Positions 13,401 to 25,700 of a stretch of DNA of 64,000 nt are shown in pieces. The translations under genes and the position numbers were made by a program. The stretch lies in the NCBI GenBank assembly GCA_964188305.1, contig OZ076886.1; one strand, 5' to 3'. The stretch's first letter is position 1; every line of letters starts with the position of its first letter. The stretch comes from Podarcis bocagei (Eukaryota). The notes under the pieces are model-generated. The model had not been told where the DNA came from, did no database searches, and worked only from the letters and a program-made list of their open reading frames with translations.

Positions 13401-16400
13401 ATGATTTCATCCTAGTTTGACTTCCGCAGATTTTATTCCATTGCCCCCCATTTTACATTGATTTGTTGCTGCAAAAAATATTTTATTTACTTTCTTACAT
13501 TTATATCCCACCCTTCTTCTGTCATGGCTTGCAACGTGGTTGGCAGGTGGTCTCCCATCCAGACACTGACCATACTCAGGCCTGCTTAGCTTCAGTAAAG
13601 CAGTGACCTCATGTGCATTCAGACCATACCCAGGGACCTGTTTTAATGTGATTTGTGACTATGTAATGATGCGGATTGTAGTTTGTTTTACTGTTAATTT
13701 CGGTCTCTCTCTGTGTGTTTTAAATCCCATTAAGCTGCCCAGTTATAGGGTCGCCTATACATTGAATGTATGTAAAAAGGCCCATCATGCCCATTCCTGG
13801 TTCAGGGTCAAGAATGCCAACAGCTCTATCTTTGGGCTTTATTTCTTATGATCATCAGAGGAAGATGAAAGTTGGTTTGATACTGAAGCACAGGAACCAG
13901 CCAGTCAAAGCCACAGAAACCATGGTGCTGACAGCTAGTCTCCTGGTTTATCTTGCCAGGAGTGATGGTTCAAGGCAAAGAAAAATGTACTCATTGCTTT
14001 TCATGAGGCATCCCAAAGTGAATCACAATATAAACACAGGTCCCAACTAATGTTGGCAACTAGGAGGGAGAGGGTTTACCTGTGTAAACGTTGCAGTATT
14101 TCCCACCATATTGAGTTGTTACCTCTGGCCCAATAGAGGCACTGGAAAGAGATGGGAACTGGCTAAGCTCACGGTACAAAGCAGCTATCTCCTCTGCGTC
14201 ATTCAACAACTGCACAATAAAAAGAAAGTAGCAGCGTAATTAGTTGGGACCAACTCCAGGTAAAAGCAACACAAGTACCTTTGCTCATGGCAAGTACCAA
14301 CTGCTTCCAGGTGAGAAGCTGGAACAGAGGGCAGGAAGCATGTAAGGTGGGGCCACTTTGGTGAGTTGAAGGAGAGAGAGCACACAGCTAGCTGGAGACA
14401 TAACAGTCCTGGCTTTGCACCTTCTGCAGGTTACAGGAAGGTTGGCTGTAGCAGCTGCTCCTAACTTCTTTTCCTACCTAAGCAGATGTACTGATGTGCA
14501 TACAGGAAAAATCACATCACTGCTGTAGATAGGAGAGAGAAGCTCATCACCTGCTTCTGAGCAAATTAAGCTGCCACACTGATATAGGGTGTATGTTTCT
14601 CCCTGTCTCCTGCTCAGTTTTCCTTTTTCATTCCCCACCACAACCAATACACAATCTATATTACTTATAAGTCCTTTCTCCTGGAACATTTTGGGTCCTT
14701 AGTTAATCTTTAAGGTGACACACAAGACTTGTTTTGTCCCAAGTTTGAAATCCAAAACAGACAAGAGCTGGACGTTTCTTGTCTACTTGTTTTTGAAACA
14801 GACAAAACCAGGAAGTCTGTTCTATATCAAGTTGCAGGTGCTGCAGCAAAAGTGCTCTTTCAACTACCAATACATTCATCAGCCCAGCAGCCCAAGTTAA
14901 TGTGTGACACTCTAGGCCTGCAGCAATTGAAACATGGTTTGTGGAAGGACAAAGTTTCAATAGCTACATTTGGCACACTATTTACTTTGGAAAGGCAGGG
15001 CAGGCAATCACATGGTAATTAAAGGCCAGTTATCACTCCTTCTATCTGAAAAGTTCACAAGCATGTGAGGATCCCGAATCAGCAACTTCCATGCAAAAGA
15101 GGGACATAAATTGTCATTGAAGCTAAATAGGAGGAGGGTAAAAACATTCCCTGCCTCCCTTGCTCATTAACATTTCATTTGTGCCATCAGGGCCACTGAC
15201 AACTACAAAATTTTGTTTGGAAAGGTGTCCAGGAAGAACTCTTCCTATATCCTTCCTGCTCCCCCCTCCCCTTTGTGTTTTTTCTAAACCAAGGATAGGG
15301 AACCTGTGGCCCTCCAGATGTTGGACTCCACCTCAGCTAACATGACCAATGGTCAGAGATGATAGGAGTTGAGAGTCCAACATCATTTAGGCTGCAAAGT
15401 CCAAACCCTGAGCAGACAGAAGAGCTGTTTATCAGATTGCCATGGCTGCCATGGACGCAGTCAGGATTTTTGTTAGGGAGGGCAGAACCTCAGTTAGCTA
15501 TGTATTTTTGCTGGTTTTTATAATTAGCTACACCCATGCTGTTTCGGCTGGCCAGGGTGGAAGGTGTGGGGATGCCTGGAGCTGGTGCAGCAGTTGGATG
15601 GAGACTGGGTCCGGTACCATCAGCAGTGAGGCTGACTTGCAATGCAATGGATCTCAGGCTGGTTCAGCTCTTCCCTGCCTTCACGTCACCTGGTTTTGGG
15701 GCTTTGTGTGGGCAGCTGCTGACAGGGATCCTGTCAGTGACACTTCCATAAACTTGTAGGCTCAGCAGGCAGAACAGGGGGGTCCATACTGGCAGACTGA
15801 TGCCACTGTGCAGGTGGAGGCCAGCAGAGCTGAGCAGAGGGACACCTCCACCCAATCTACCTGCCACACTGTGTCCAAGAGCCACAGGTCAGCCACTCCT
15901 GCCCTAAAGCAACAGGTCTCCTTTAGTGCAAGAGTTCAAAGTCCAGTTCTCTCTGCTACAGCTACTTCATACACTCAGTCCTCCGAAGCAAGTGAGAAAC
16001 CTTACCCTAATAACCCACTTGATATATGGGAACAACAGTGTGGTGACAAAGAATAAAGATATCCACCCCTCTCTCCGCCACCACCTTAAGACTTTCCCCC
16101 TGTAGCAACCTAAATTCATGCCACATCCAGTCACCCATGCGCTCAGGGTTCTTAAACCATGCCAGGTCAACACGCTAAAAAACAAAATGTTTTAGAGCTG
16201 TGACGGTTCCCACCTTGCGTGCACGTGATTTTATTTTATTTTTTGAGGGAGGGAGTACTGCGAAAGGAAGAAACTTTTTCTTTTGACTGGAGATATAAAG
16301 AAGAGTTGCCACATTCTCCCCACCCACCCCCAATTATATCTCCATATTGGCCGGGTGTGCCTGTGGAGAAGAGTTGTTTCACACGTTGCAGTTGTGCTCA

Positions 16401-16725
16401 TCTCGCGGCTCTTAAAAGCGGAGGTTGGGGGAGAGGAAGGGAGCCAGCAGCCTTGGAGCGCGGCCCGTATGCCGCCCCCAGGAACAATCCTAGGCGGACA
16501 GCTAAAAGGAGTCCATTCACACGTTCGTGCCCCTCCGAAGGGGCTGCTGGGAACCCCAACACACAAACACGCCCGCCCGAAACAGCGCGGAGCATTGTGG
16601 GAAGGTCTGCTCAACGAGCACCAGGAGCTGCTTCAGGCGGGCGCAGCCCACCCCACCCCCCGCATCCTCTTGGGGGGGCGGACCCGGGGAACCCCCTCCC
16701 CCGCGTTTCTCACCGGTGGTTCCAT
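1349..16725 (-). CDS. APEH: Acylamino-acid-releasing enzyme (S9C serine peptidase), complete 22-exon CDS, 728 aa
   Basis: The 22 exons listed below join in frame to 2187 nt with GT-AG junctions. Motifs: GGSHGG nucleophile Ser, EEDRRVP Asp, NNHSL His, HGGPHS, VNYRGS. Position next to BSN matches vertebrate synteny. Confidence 0.97.
1661..1767 (-). CDS. APEH: APEH exon 21 (catalytic Asp)
   Basis: [35 protein letters not shown]; 107 nt, AG/GTAAG. Confidence 0.95.
1893..1995 (-). CDS. APEH: APEH exon 20
   Basis: [34 protein letters not shown]; 103 nt. Confidence 0.93.
2150..2440 (+). mobile_element. Degenerate CR1 LINE 3' fragment
   Basis: gtgatggtcaccaacttggatggttttaaa...ctatcaatagctactagcca...ctctgaatacca; resembles 42720-42840. 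Confidence 0.6.
2499..2689 (-). CDS. APEH: APEH exon 19 (catalytic Ser)
   Basis: [49 protein letters not shown]...DIPDW; 191 nt. Confidence 0.97.
2816..2904 (-). CDS. APEH: APEH exon 18
   Basis: [30 protein letters not shown]; 89 nt. Confidence 0.95.
3471..3551 (-). CDS. APEH: APEH exon 17
   Basis: [27 protein letters not shown]; 81 nt. Confidence 0.95.
3651..3734 (-). CDS. APEH: APEH exon 16
   Basis: [28 protein letters not shown]; 84 nt. Confidence 0.95.
4109..4247 (-). CDS. APEH: APEH exon 15
   Basis: [46 protein letters not shown]; 139 nt. Confidence 0.95.
4888..4976 (-). CDS. APEH: APEH exon 14
   Basis: [30 protein letters not shown]; 89 nt. Confidence 0.93.
5899..5950 (-). CDS. APEH: APEH exon 13
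   Basis: [17 protein letters not shown]; 52 nt, ctag/GTAAGT. Confidence 0.92.
6048..6072. repeat. (CA)n microsatellite
   Basis: Dinucleotide run. Confidence 0.9.
6335..6432 (-). CDS. APEH: APEH exon 12
   Basis: [33 protein letters not shown]; 98 nt. Confidence 0.95.
7438..7498 (-). CDS. APEH: APEH exon 11
   Basis: [20 protein letters not shown]; 61 nt. Confidence 0.94.
8554..8675 (-). CDS. APEH: APEH exon 10
   Basis: [41 protein letters not shown]; 122 nt. Confidence 0.95.
8775..8815 (-). CDS. APEH: APEH exon 9
   Basis: [13 protein letters not shown]; 41 nt. Confidence 0.92.
8960..9080 (-). mobile_element. L2-like LINE 3' end
   Basis: Reverse-complement similarity to 275-380. Confidence 0.6.
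9396..9487 (-). CDS. APEH: APEH exon 8
   Basis: [30 protein letters not shown]; 92 nt. Confidence 0.95.
9616..9828. mobile_element. Tc1/mariner (Tigger-like) MITE
   Basis: TA|CAGTGGTAC...GGTATGACTG|TA termini with TA target duplication. Confidence 0.8.
10222..10359 (-). CDS. APEH: APEH exon 7
   Basis: [46 protein letters not shown]; 138 nt. Confidence 0.95.
10767..10927 (-). CDS. APEH: APEH exon 6
   Basis: [30 protein letters not shown]...DKAIK; 161 nt. Confidence 0.95.
11002..11405 (-). mobile_element. Solo LTR in APEH intron 5
   Basis: TGTCAGGG...CCCTGACA 8-bp inverted termini, 5-bp flanks gtttc/gttcc, TATAAAA (11252-11258) and AATAAA (11068-11073) in LTR order on minus. Confidence 0.8.
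11584..11659 (-). CDS. APEH: APEH exon 5
   Basis: [25 protein letters not shown]; 76 nt. Confidence 0.95.
12021..12111 (-). CDS. APEH: APEH exon 4
   Basis: [30 protein letters not shown]; 91 nt. Confidence 0.94.
13038..13164 (-). CDS. APEH: APEH exon 3
   Basis: [43 protein letters not shown]; 127 nt. Confidence 0.95.
14080..14209 (-). CDS. APEH: APEH exon 2
   Basis: [43 protein letters not shown]; 130 nt. Confidence 0.94.
15290..15410. mobile_element. Old hAT-type MITE
   Basis: gatagggaacctgtggccctccagatgttggact... similar to 29132-29267; other decayed copies near 12235, 19640 and 20150. Confidence 0.6.
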
Positions 16726-17080
16726 CTCCTATGCCGCTGCGCCCAGTCCTGGAGGTTCGAAGTTCGGTCACCTTCCGCTCGGTACCTCCAGGGTGGGTGG
16801 GGCTGTTCCTTTTCGGTCCCGCCTACTTCCATTGGCTGTGGACCTGCCCGTCAAAATCAGCGCGCGCTGCTCAGTGGGAAGCCTGGTCATCGCTTTTATC
16901 TGGAGACACGACTTCCTGTGTTGCAAGGCAAAGCCTCGGCTTGTCGTGGACGTCTCTGACCACCCGGCCTGTTCGTGCTCTTGTCTTTCTAAACCGACCC
17001 TTTCCCCCACACTAATGTGAATTTGCAATCACTTAAAAATGTGTTTCAGGCGAAGATCTTCGTGGCGGGGCTTGAAGGAC
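16380..17080 (-). promoter_or_regulatory. APEH CpG-island promoter
   Basis: CpG-dense segment around exon 1; GC box (cccgcc, about 16818-16823), CCAAT on minus (16831-16835), ETS-type CAGGAAGT on minus (16911-16918). Confidence 0.8.
16714..16725 (-). CDS. APEH: APEH exon 1 coding part (MEPP)
   Basis: GAG-ATG-G Kozak context, ATG GAA CCA CCG then GTGAGA donor, inside the CpG island; phase 0 fits exon 2. Confidence 0.82.
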
Positions 17081-20000
17081 AGTGGCTTAAAATAGGCCAC
17101 CCCACAACGTTAGCCCCATACTTCTCCTTATTCTCCTCTCATCCTAAATTGTTTCTTTACTTTCCTAAATAAATGTCGTGCTTGTGTTTATTATGAATTT
17201 GACTCATATTTTCTGTGTAGGTGGCGGCGGCGGGGAGAGGCAGCAAATTTAAAACCGTTTCTGCAATCATCTGGCTGCCAGGAACTTGGAACGAAAAGCC
17301 TACATTTTTATGAGGGTTGTTCAACCACCTACTACTTCCAATCTGAATTTTATCTTTGCAAAAGTCAAATGAAGTTCAGCGATTCTGCTGCTACTAGCTT
17401 GAATTGTGAATGTACTTTTTTTAAAAAAAAAACACCAGCCCTAATGGAAATGAAAACAGGTTTGTTTTCAAAAGTAGTGACATAGGTTGGTGTGGTTGAT
17501 ACCTCCAGGTCAGTTACAGTGACATTCAGGCATGTTTGAGTAAAGTCCAGCCGAGTAAAGACCCACATGCCGTTCAGTGTGGGGCTCACACTAGGCATTC
17601 AGGAATAAGAATTGGACACCAAATCTCATGCCAGTATAACTGTTCTTGGATCTTATTTACAATTTTATCAGCTCCACAGGCAGGGTGGCAAGCCAATTAT
17701 CAAAGCCTCTTCCAATTTGTGTCCATTGCATGTGAAAGTCACTTGTAATTCCTTCACCCTTAGGTTGTGTTTTAGCAATTATGGAGCTGCAGTTTGTCTT
17801 GTTACCATTGTTTTCTGCACTGTGTGCTGGTAAGAATCCCTGGGCTGCTTCAGCATTTCCAGTTGTTTCTGTGAGAGAGTTTTTAAAAACAACAGCACAG
17901 CTTGGATGCTCCTTTACCATCACTGATGTTGCTCAATGAAAGTTGTGCCTGTTTCAGCTGTATCTGTTCTTGTGATGCTCAGCAGATGGTGAAGCATTGC
18001 TTAGCTCTGCTGTTTTCATAAAGGAACATGGCCACTGGGAAGAGGGCAAGGTCACTGGGTTCTCTACTGCCCTACCAAGGACTGAGCATCTGGATCCTGT
18101 TCTTAGTGATGCTGCTAGACAGCAGTCAAGGGGGAGAGGGAAGGCCCTAGCTGCTCTGTGGTCCACTGTGTTATTTGTGGTGCTATGATAAGCTGATTTT
18201 ACCACATGAAGTGGAAGGTGACAGAAGAGGTGTCCTTTGAGAAAAAAGCAGACTGCTGGCAGTCAGCGGAGGGAAGGAGGGGTTACAGAAAATGGAGTAG
18301 GTCCAAAAGTTTGTAGAGTGAGACCATTGGTTTTTGTGTGTATGGCACTTGAACTATGGATACTCCTGCATCCCATAATTCCTCACAGCCCCCCCCCCCC
18401 CGGTTAAGTATTTATAATTCAACTGTGGAAGATTGTTCATGAGCAGTTCCTCTCGTCTTGCCTTTGCAACAGATCTAGTTATCCATCTAACCCGCTTGGG
18501 TACCCGGCACCTGCAGCTTTGGAAAGGAGGAGTCATTTGCTTGGTTTTGGCTGTCACTTCATGCACTGTACTTTCATCTCAGAAGGGCACACACGTCGCT
18601 TTCATGACTCCATGGAATCAATGCAGACACCTCTCTTGGCAAACAAGGGGTGCCTCGCACAAGCTCTTGCCAACTCTGGCTGCGTGGGACTAAATGTTCC
18701 TGCGCCAGTACTTGAACGGGGAATAGCACATGCCATGTGACTCCCACAGGAAAGCTGTGCAGCTCCTGGGTCTGCAGGCAGCCGCTTGAAAATGTGAATG
18801 GATGGGGCTCCTAGAAGGAGGCAGTGTCTGTTGGAGGCAGGCAACAACCCTTTCCAGCTTGTTAATAATGGCTTAAGGTCTATGGGAGCAGCTTCCCTGC
18901 TAATCCAGCCAGCCAATATCTCAGGGTCAGGAGAAAACCTCGCCCTGCAAAGCCGAGTGGGAAGCTGCCCCCACGGCAGGGTGACTGGAGTGGAATGACA
19001 AATCACACCTTCCAGATTGGCGCTTCCTGTGTGCTGCTAATCAGCTGAACTGCAACAGGAAGCACTCGGTGGCAGATGGCTCTGCAGGCATTGAGTGGGA
19101 GCTGCATCCATATGCGGTGGGTGGGCTGAGAGAGACCCAGGTATGGTAACATGAAGGGAGAGGGATAAACAGTTAAAAGAAGAAGAGGGGGCAGGGTAAT
19201 TGGCTTTCTGAGAGAAGCAATGTCTTTGACAGGCCTTGATGCTTTAAGCCCTTGCAGCCTCAGGGATGGAGACAGCAGCAGGTGGGCATCCTCTTCCATG
19301 CTATTCCTGATATGTAATGTGCTTGTTTAAAACCTTGGATGTGGTATGAACTATGTCTCCACCTGAAGTCGATTTGAGCTCTCTCTGTGTGTGCGTGCTG
19401 AAAAAGCAGAAGAAGCAATTCTGAGAAGTAAAAGACGCTGTTCTTTTTGATAACACAACCCCGCCTAAAATCATACAAAGACATAGAAACAGGGAGAAAT
19501 TGGCTCCTTTGGCTGTGGTTTTGTGGTTTTTTTAATGGATTATTTTGGGAAAGTGCTGGACAGCCTTAAACCCACGGTAATTCAGTCCCTAGTTAAAAAA
19601 AAAAGAGAGAGAGAGAGAATCAATCAATCTTGGGTCCAGGCTCCCAAAGTGGTGCCTTCTGAAAATTGTTGAACTTTGAGCTCCCAACACTGCCAGCCAG
19701 CATGGCCAGTGGTTAGAGATGTTGGGAACTGTATAGCCCAACATCATCTGTAGGTAGGTAGCATGTTAGCTACTAACCAGGGATGAATTAGTTTTAAACC
19801 TTCTCCAAGGAAGGCTCCTTGATTCTGTTTCTTCTGTGTTTCCCAATACCATTTATTTTTCTAGACTCTTTAAAAATGTTTCCCTTTTCCTCCCTGAAAC
19901 TTGACCGTATCATTTGTGGTCCTTGTTAGTGAACTTGACCTTGAGGTGGAAACAAATCATTTCCACCTGTTGAGCTCATGAAACCTTTTTGCAGGCTTCC

Positions 20001-20549
20001 ACATTGTTCATCAAATAGTTCATATTGTTTGAGTGACTTGATGATGCCCCTTGCCGCCATTTGTATCCTTTAGAGTGGTCTCACTCACTGCTAGTTTGTA
20101 GGATATAGATCTATCTGTTCATGGCATTTCCCCTCTAGGATAGCAGTGTTGTTGAATCACGATTCCCCTCATCCCTGATCACTGGCCAAGCTCGCTGAGG
20201 CTGATGGGAGTAATAGTCCAACATTTTGCAGGCACTGTGTTTGTGAGTCCTGCTCTAGAATCTTATTAGGTTCCAACCAAGTATATCACCTTTTGAAAAT
20301 AAACATGAAGTTGCTAAATGAGATTGTGAAGTGTTCAGTGTGTCATCAGTCTGCTAGGATACAGCCCTTTACATCTTACTTTGATTCTTCTATGAAGGGC
20401 TGCATCCATGTGAGGCTACTGAAGATTGCTCTTGGCAAGACTGCAATGAAGGAAGCAGATATTGGGGAAGGGAGCTGCGACTCCTCTAGCTTTTCTGGTT
20501 CATAGCCTTATGATGCATCTGGCTACATTTTGGGATACCTTTTTTAATG

Positions 20550-20720
20550 CTACCCAAACCTAGCAAATATGCTTTTGTGACCTCACGGCTAGACTACTGT
20601 AACACGTTCTATCTGGGTCTGCTATTGACTACCCAGATGACATCTGCAGGGGCTAGACCAGGTACCTTTCTGGTGGAGCACAGATCTCAGCTACCTGTCC
20701 TAAAGGATTTGTCTGAAAGT
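20550..20720 (+). mobile_element. L2 LINE ORF2 fragment
   Basis: Encodes AFVTSRLDYCNTFYLGL, a typical L2 ORF2 motif. Confidence 0.7.
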
Positions 20721-20804
20721 CCTGGAACTCTGTCTATTGAATGCGGCAGGATGATGTGATTAATGGATTAGTAGCAAATCTAGGCACAGCAAGTCTGGAT
20801 TTAC

Positions 20805-21000
20805 GGGAAGGGCTGTCACTCCATGGAAGTGCAGAAATCCCAGTTTCAATCCCTGGCATCACCAGTTAAGAGAACTCTGCTAGCAGAGCTGGCAAAAACC
20901 TTTGCCTGAGACTCAGGTGGGGGTACTGCTGTCCGCCAGAGTAAACAGTATTGGACTAGTGGGACCAGGGGTCAGTGTCTGACAATGTGAAGCAACTTCA
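20805..21000 (+). mobile_element. Degenerate tRNA-derived SINE
   Basis: gggaagggctgt...gcagaaatcccagtttcaatccctggcatc...; same family as 30895-31070. Confidence 0.55.
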
Positions 21001-21955
21001 TGAGCTCACCTGTCATGAAGATGCAAGTTAGTCCAATCAGGATCCTCAGAAAGTCATTGATGCTTATCAAGGCCCTGGGAATATGTGATGTAGCAGGGAA
21101 TCTGTGAATTATGGGAGCAGGCTTTGGGCACTCATGGTGTGACTAGATCTGTGACAGCTGCAGCTACAGCAGGTACAAGCTGTCTGCTTTCATCAGTCAG
21201 GACTCCACTGGATATATCTCTCTGTGTGTAACTCCTCCCCTCCCCTAGAGCTGACTGCTGATGCCTGAGGCATCCATCTATACTGCTTGTTGGGTTGGCC
21301 TGGCACTGCAACATTATGCTTATGGATGCAGTAAAAGAAAGAGACACCAGCCACAGCCCCCTTCTCTCTGGGATTTTTCAGTAATGCAGGAATGTTTTTT
21401 AGTGCAAAGGGAGAAGCACACTGTACACACAAAGGACCATTCTGGGTGCTCTTCCCTCCCCCCCCTTTTTTTCTCCCGAGGGGGACTGATCACACAAATT
21501 GACCCTGTGGACATACAGCTAGATGGCTGATTGTAATACTTGTGTCACATGTTCCTTTGAATACAGTCAGGGTGGGGAGCAAATCCTCTACTGAACATAT
21601 TTGGATCTCTTGCCAGATGAGTGTGTTTGAAAGGACTCAAGACATCTGGAGCCATGGGTGTGTGTGCACCTTTCTGTGGCACGTAAAACCACCTCCATTC
21701 TGGTACACTGTGGTCTGGATGGCCGGTGCATAGATGGCGCTTTCCAGCTGGTACAGCTCCCCTTTTAGAACCCAGACTAATTTGACCATGGCAGCCTCAT
21801 GTGCTGACTAGGTCTGTGACAGCTGCAATCTATAAGACAGTGACTGCCTTATCAGAGTGGTGGTTTTCTGTGTGTCCAGGCCATTTTCAGTTACATTCAG
21901 CTACGGGAATTGTCTTCCATAGTCTGAAGGAGTGCTGTCCAGATATGGCTGTACC

Positions 21956-22078
21956 CAGGGCTTTTCCCCTCCCACAACCGGAACTAAGCGGAACTCTCTC
22001 CCGGCACCTCTGAGGTGGGCACCATTGCCACTGTAAGAGAGTTCCAGCACCTCCTTTTCTAGAAAAAAAATAGCACTG
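21956..22078. mobile_element. hAT MITE
   Basis: CAGGGCT...AGCACTG termini, perfect 8-bp TSD GCTGTACC. Confidence 0.85.
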
Positions 22079-22769
22079 GCTGTACCACCAATCTGAAAAC
22101 TAGGCTCTAGAAGGAAGTGTATGGAGAAGCAAGGAAAGTTTACACAGCTTTCAAATCTAGGTAACCCCCCTGGGGGGGGGGAAACCATCCTAACTTTATG
22201 TGCCCCCAGCAGGCAGGGACTCAGCCTTGTGAATCATATTAAGTCCTTTTATTCTGTTTTCCACAGAAATACCTTGTAGGGCAACTTCCCATACGGAATC
22301 ACAATACATGAGGTGGTACACTGAAATACTACAAGTTCTCACAGAGCACAGCAGGACACACACATCATTTACAATGTTCAGATAAAGGATTTAGGTCATT
22401 GCACTTACAACTGTAAACTTCTTCTTTTGTTTGATGGGTGGTGGTTGGTATTTTTTAAAATAATTTTTATACAGAACCCCTCCTGCCTCCAAGATAATAA
22501 AAATAAAAAAGAGATAAGGGAACAACTCAAGATACATGGGAGGCAGGACGAGGGCATGAAAGGTACATGTCATGTGACAGCCACAACAACTCTACAAGAC
22601 TCTGCTATGCTTTGCAAGAAGAGGAACAGTCCAAAGGAGCCAGTCACAAACACCAGGCTTTGTTTGTTGATCTTTTGTACACAAAAGCAAGAGTTGGCAG
22701 GTGTGCTGGTTGGTGAGATGGAGCCCCCGAAAAGGGGCCTGTGAGTTGTTGTTTTTCTTTTTTTTCTTC

Positions 22770-25700
22770 ATACCACATGAGTTTTTTAATTTAGTTTTAT
22801 TATTTTACACACTGTACAAATATTTACAATGGAAGGGAGGGAGGGAGGTTGTAGCAGCCACTGTTGAGAAAACCTGTAGGGGACACAAATTCAACCTAGA
22901 GCCCTGAAGAAGCATCCTCAGATTTTGCACTTGTCATTGTGGGTAATCCTTTGTATATTTTGGGGGGCGGGGGGACAGGGGAGGCCTGAGTGGTGGGGAA
23001 GGAGCTGGGTGGAGAAACTTGCAGTTGTTGCTACCAAATGCCTTGTTTGACTCAAGTTGGAAGCAAATCTCCATTTTGGGAGTCTCTACCCCAGCTTGCC
23101 ATCCTAGCTGAAGCAGCTGCCAAGAACATATGCTTACCAACCAAGCCTTCCATCCTGTATGTAGGTCCACTATGAGTAGCTGCCACCCCTTCTACTTGGA
23201 ATTGTTTCCAGTCTGTCTATCATCAGAAAGATCCATGAACTCCATAACTGCTATGGTGGCCACAACTCCAAGATGAACCAAACAGGTATGCAGACTGCTG
23301 CCAAAACGGTCTTCACAATGGGTGATTGCCAACAAGGCGAGTGTGCAGTTTCCTTGCCCATGGAAAACTCAACTAGCATTCTCTGAAGCTAAGGTGATAT
23401 TTTCTGGTCTCCTCCAATGAGACAGCACAGTGAGGTAGGGCCCAAGTACCTGCGTATGCTTTTATTACTAGAGTAACCAATTCAACAGTGCAAGGAATTC
23501 AAGAGGCAGCCAGCTTGAAAGCATGGCCTCTGCCTTTATCTCCTACATGCATTTCCACGTCCTAAGCCAACTGCTGTATCAAATGATTGGCCTTTGTTCT
23601 ACAAAGCATTCTACGCTGGTAAAATACTCTGGCTTGGCTACTTTAGAAGACAGCCTCTAGTCTACATACATATGATAACTTTCCCCACATTGTAATCCAT
23701 GGGAAGGAATAACTTAAGGCTTAGAGGTCACTCAAGGGTACCAGAGCAGGAGGGGAAGATGGTGCCAAAGGTTGTGTAGGCAGTATATCTGCATCTTGAC
23801 TGAGAAGCTGGATTCTTAGCAAACAACTGAACTACCATCAAGAGACCTTCCTCCTAATATTTTTAGACTTGCAACTCAACATCATGTCTGCACCAGACCC
23901 ATTCAGGTATCAGGTGCAGTTGCATTGCCCGTGTAGCTTCTACCCTGTAGACTTTGACCCTGGTCCCCTTTATCCATCCACACAGCTGGTGGGGATGACT
24001 GTGTCTCCCTCAGGCAGACACTGGTTCTCATTGCATAGGTGTCCGAGGCAAAAAGGGACCTGCCTTTTCTAAGGCTTTTGGCCAGATCTCTAGTTGGGCA
24101 CCATAGTGACAAACTAGGAGCACAGGCAATTGCTGTGTGAATGTGCTCTCTAAGATGACAAGGAGAGGCCACTGCTGTCCAAAGATGTTGCAAAGTGTGA
24201 GTCTTCCCTAAGTGCACTCCATGGGAACCATGCAAGCATGTCTGCCTTTACAGTTTTGCTTATAGTGTCACAGTCCTCTTTTCTTTTTAGTTAGAAAATG
24301 AACCACACAATATGCTAGCTGTTCACATGAGTCTCTTGTAACATTAAGGCTTATATCAAAATAATGCAGACCTGGATTAATTACTGTAGAGAGCTCATGT
24401 GAGTCCAACCCCCAGCTGCCTAAGGGCCACAGCATACATTCCCTTTTCAGCACGCTCCTTTTTTAAGCGCTCACATAAAATAGAAAAGCGTGAAAGCGTG
24501 AAACACATTTGCAAGTGTGTTTTAAGTATCAAATAGACCAGGAATACGAGTCAGGGAGTCCTGGTGAGCTGCTGCTCCCTGAGTGTCCAGTTGGTACCCA
24601 GGTTTGCCTCTGCAAAAGGGGTGACGTGGCCCTTAGACTCACTGATCTGTCAGGTTCTCTTAAAAATGTCACAAACTTCTGGGTTTGCAAGAACCTCTCG
24701 TGTAACAGAGGTAGTTGCCTCTGAACCTTTCCCCTTCTCCTCTGTCAGGAAAAGCCCATACAGTTTTGTTCCAATTTTTGCAGAGCTCTGCCTCGGAGTC
24801 TAACCATGGAGGAAAAGGCCCTGCACCACCATTGTACCAAGGGTGCTTGGTATGGCGGAAGTGAGTTGGAACGGTCTCTATTCTGGAACCTACTTCAGCT
24901 TAAACTGCACCGCTCAGTGGCTGCCAGCCTCCCATTGTCAGGAGCTGCCGTTTAGTAGGTCTTTATTCAGTGACATTGTGCTTGTGGGAACAGGAGACAT
25001 CACTGCTGTTTCCCAGGTTCTGAACTTAGGGGAGGGGAATAAGGTGCTTTCTTTACACTAACCGATTCCACACTGCTCAAATTGTCCATGCAGAATTTAT
25101 TGGGGTAACTGAGTCTTGGAACACCTCCCCCAGCCTGTGGTGCTCTCGAACCAAGATAGAATTTGGGCTTAATATTGTTTTGGCCAGGAGGAATGTGCTT
25201 CAGGTCTCAAGAAAGCCCAGGAAGTCCCTTGAACTGGACACTAATGGCTACTCCAGGGAAGGATGTGGCAAAGGACCAATAGTTAATGGAGTTCCACAGG
25301 ACACATCTGGTGTTATATTCTGCAGGATAATGATGCTTCGTGGTGTCACTGACAGGCCTTCAATAACAAGTGCATAAATCTGCTAATGGCATTCAGAAGT
25401 GATGATGAACCAACTGGAGAGAGAGAGAGAAAAAAAAACCTCAAGCAAAGAACGGCAAGCATTCTAAATAGATGAAACCGTGCAGAGAAGTAGCAAGCCA
25501 TGCTCTACAACAGACAGAGACAGTCACCGGCTCTATGGCTACCCTTTGGCAAAAGTGTCCCTCGGATGGGTCAAGCATGCCACTAATTGAAAACTTCATA
25601 CGCACAGGTGTTCAATATAAAGATACCTATCCAGTTTCTCAATAGCACATTTGCAATTAAATCCTTATACATAACATTGAACTTATTAAATATTAACAGT

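Noticed and set aside
13915-13935. REST/RE1-like TCAGCACCATGG on minus
   Set aside because: Right half-site GACAG is missing and it lies in a housekeeping gene intron
16219-17028. Several overlapping 130-246 aa ORFs
   Set aside because: Stop-poor CpG island with no recognisable domain
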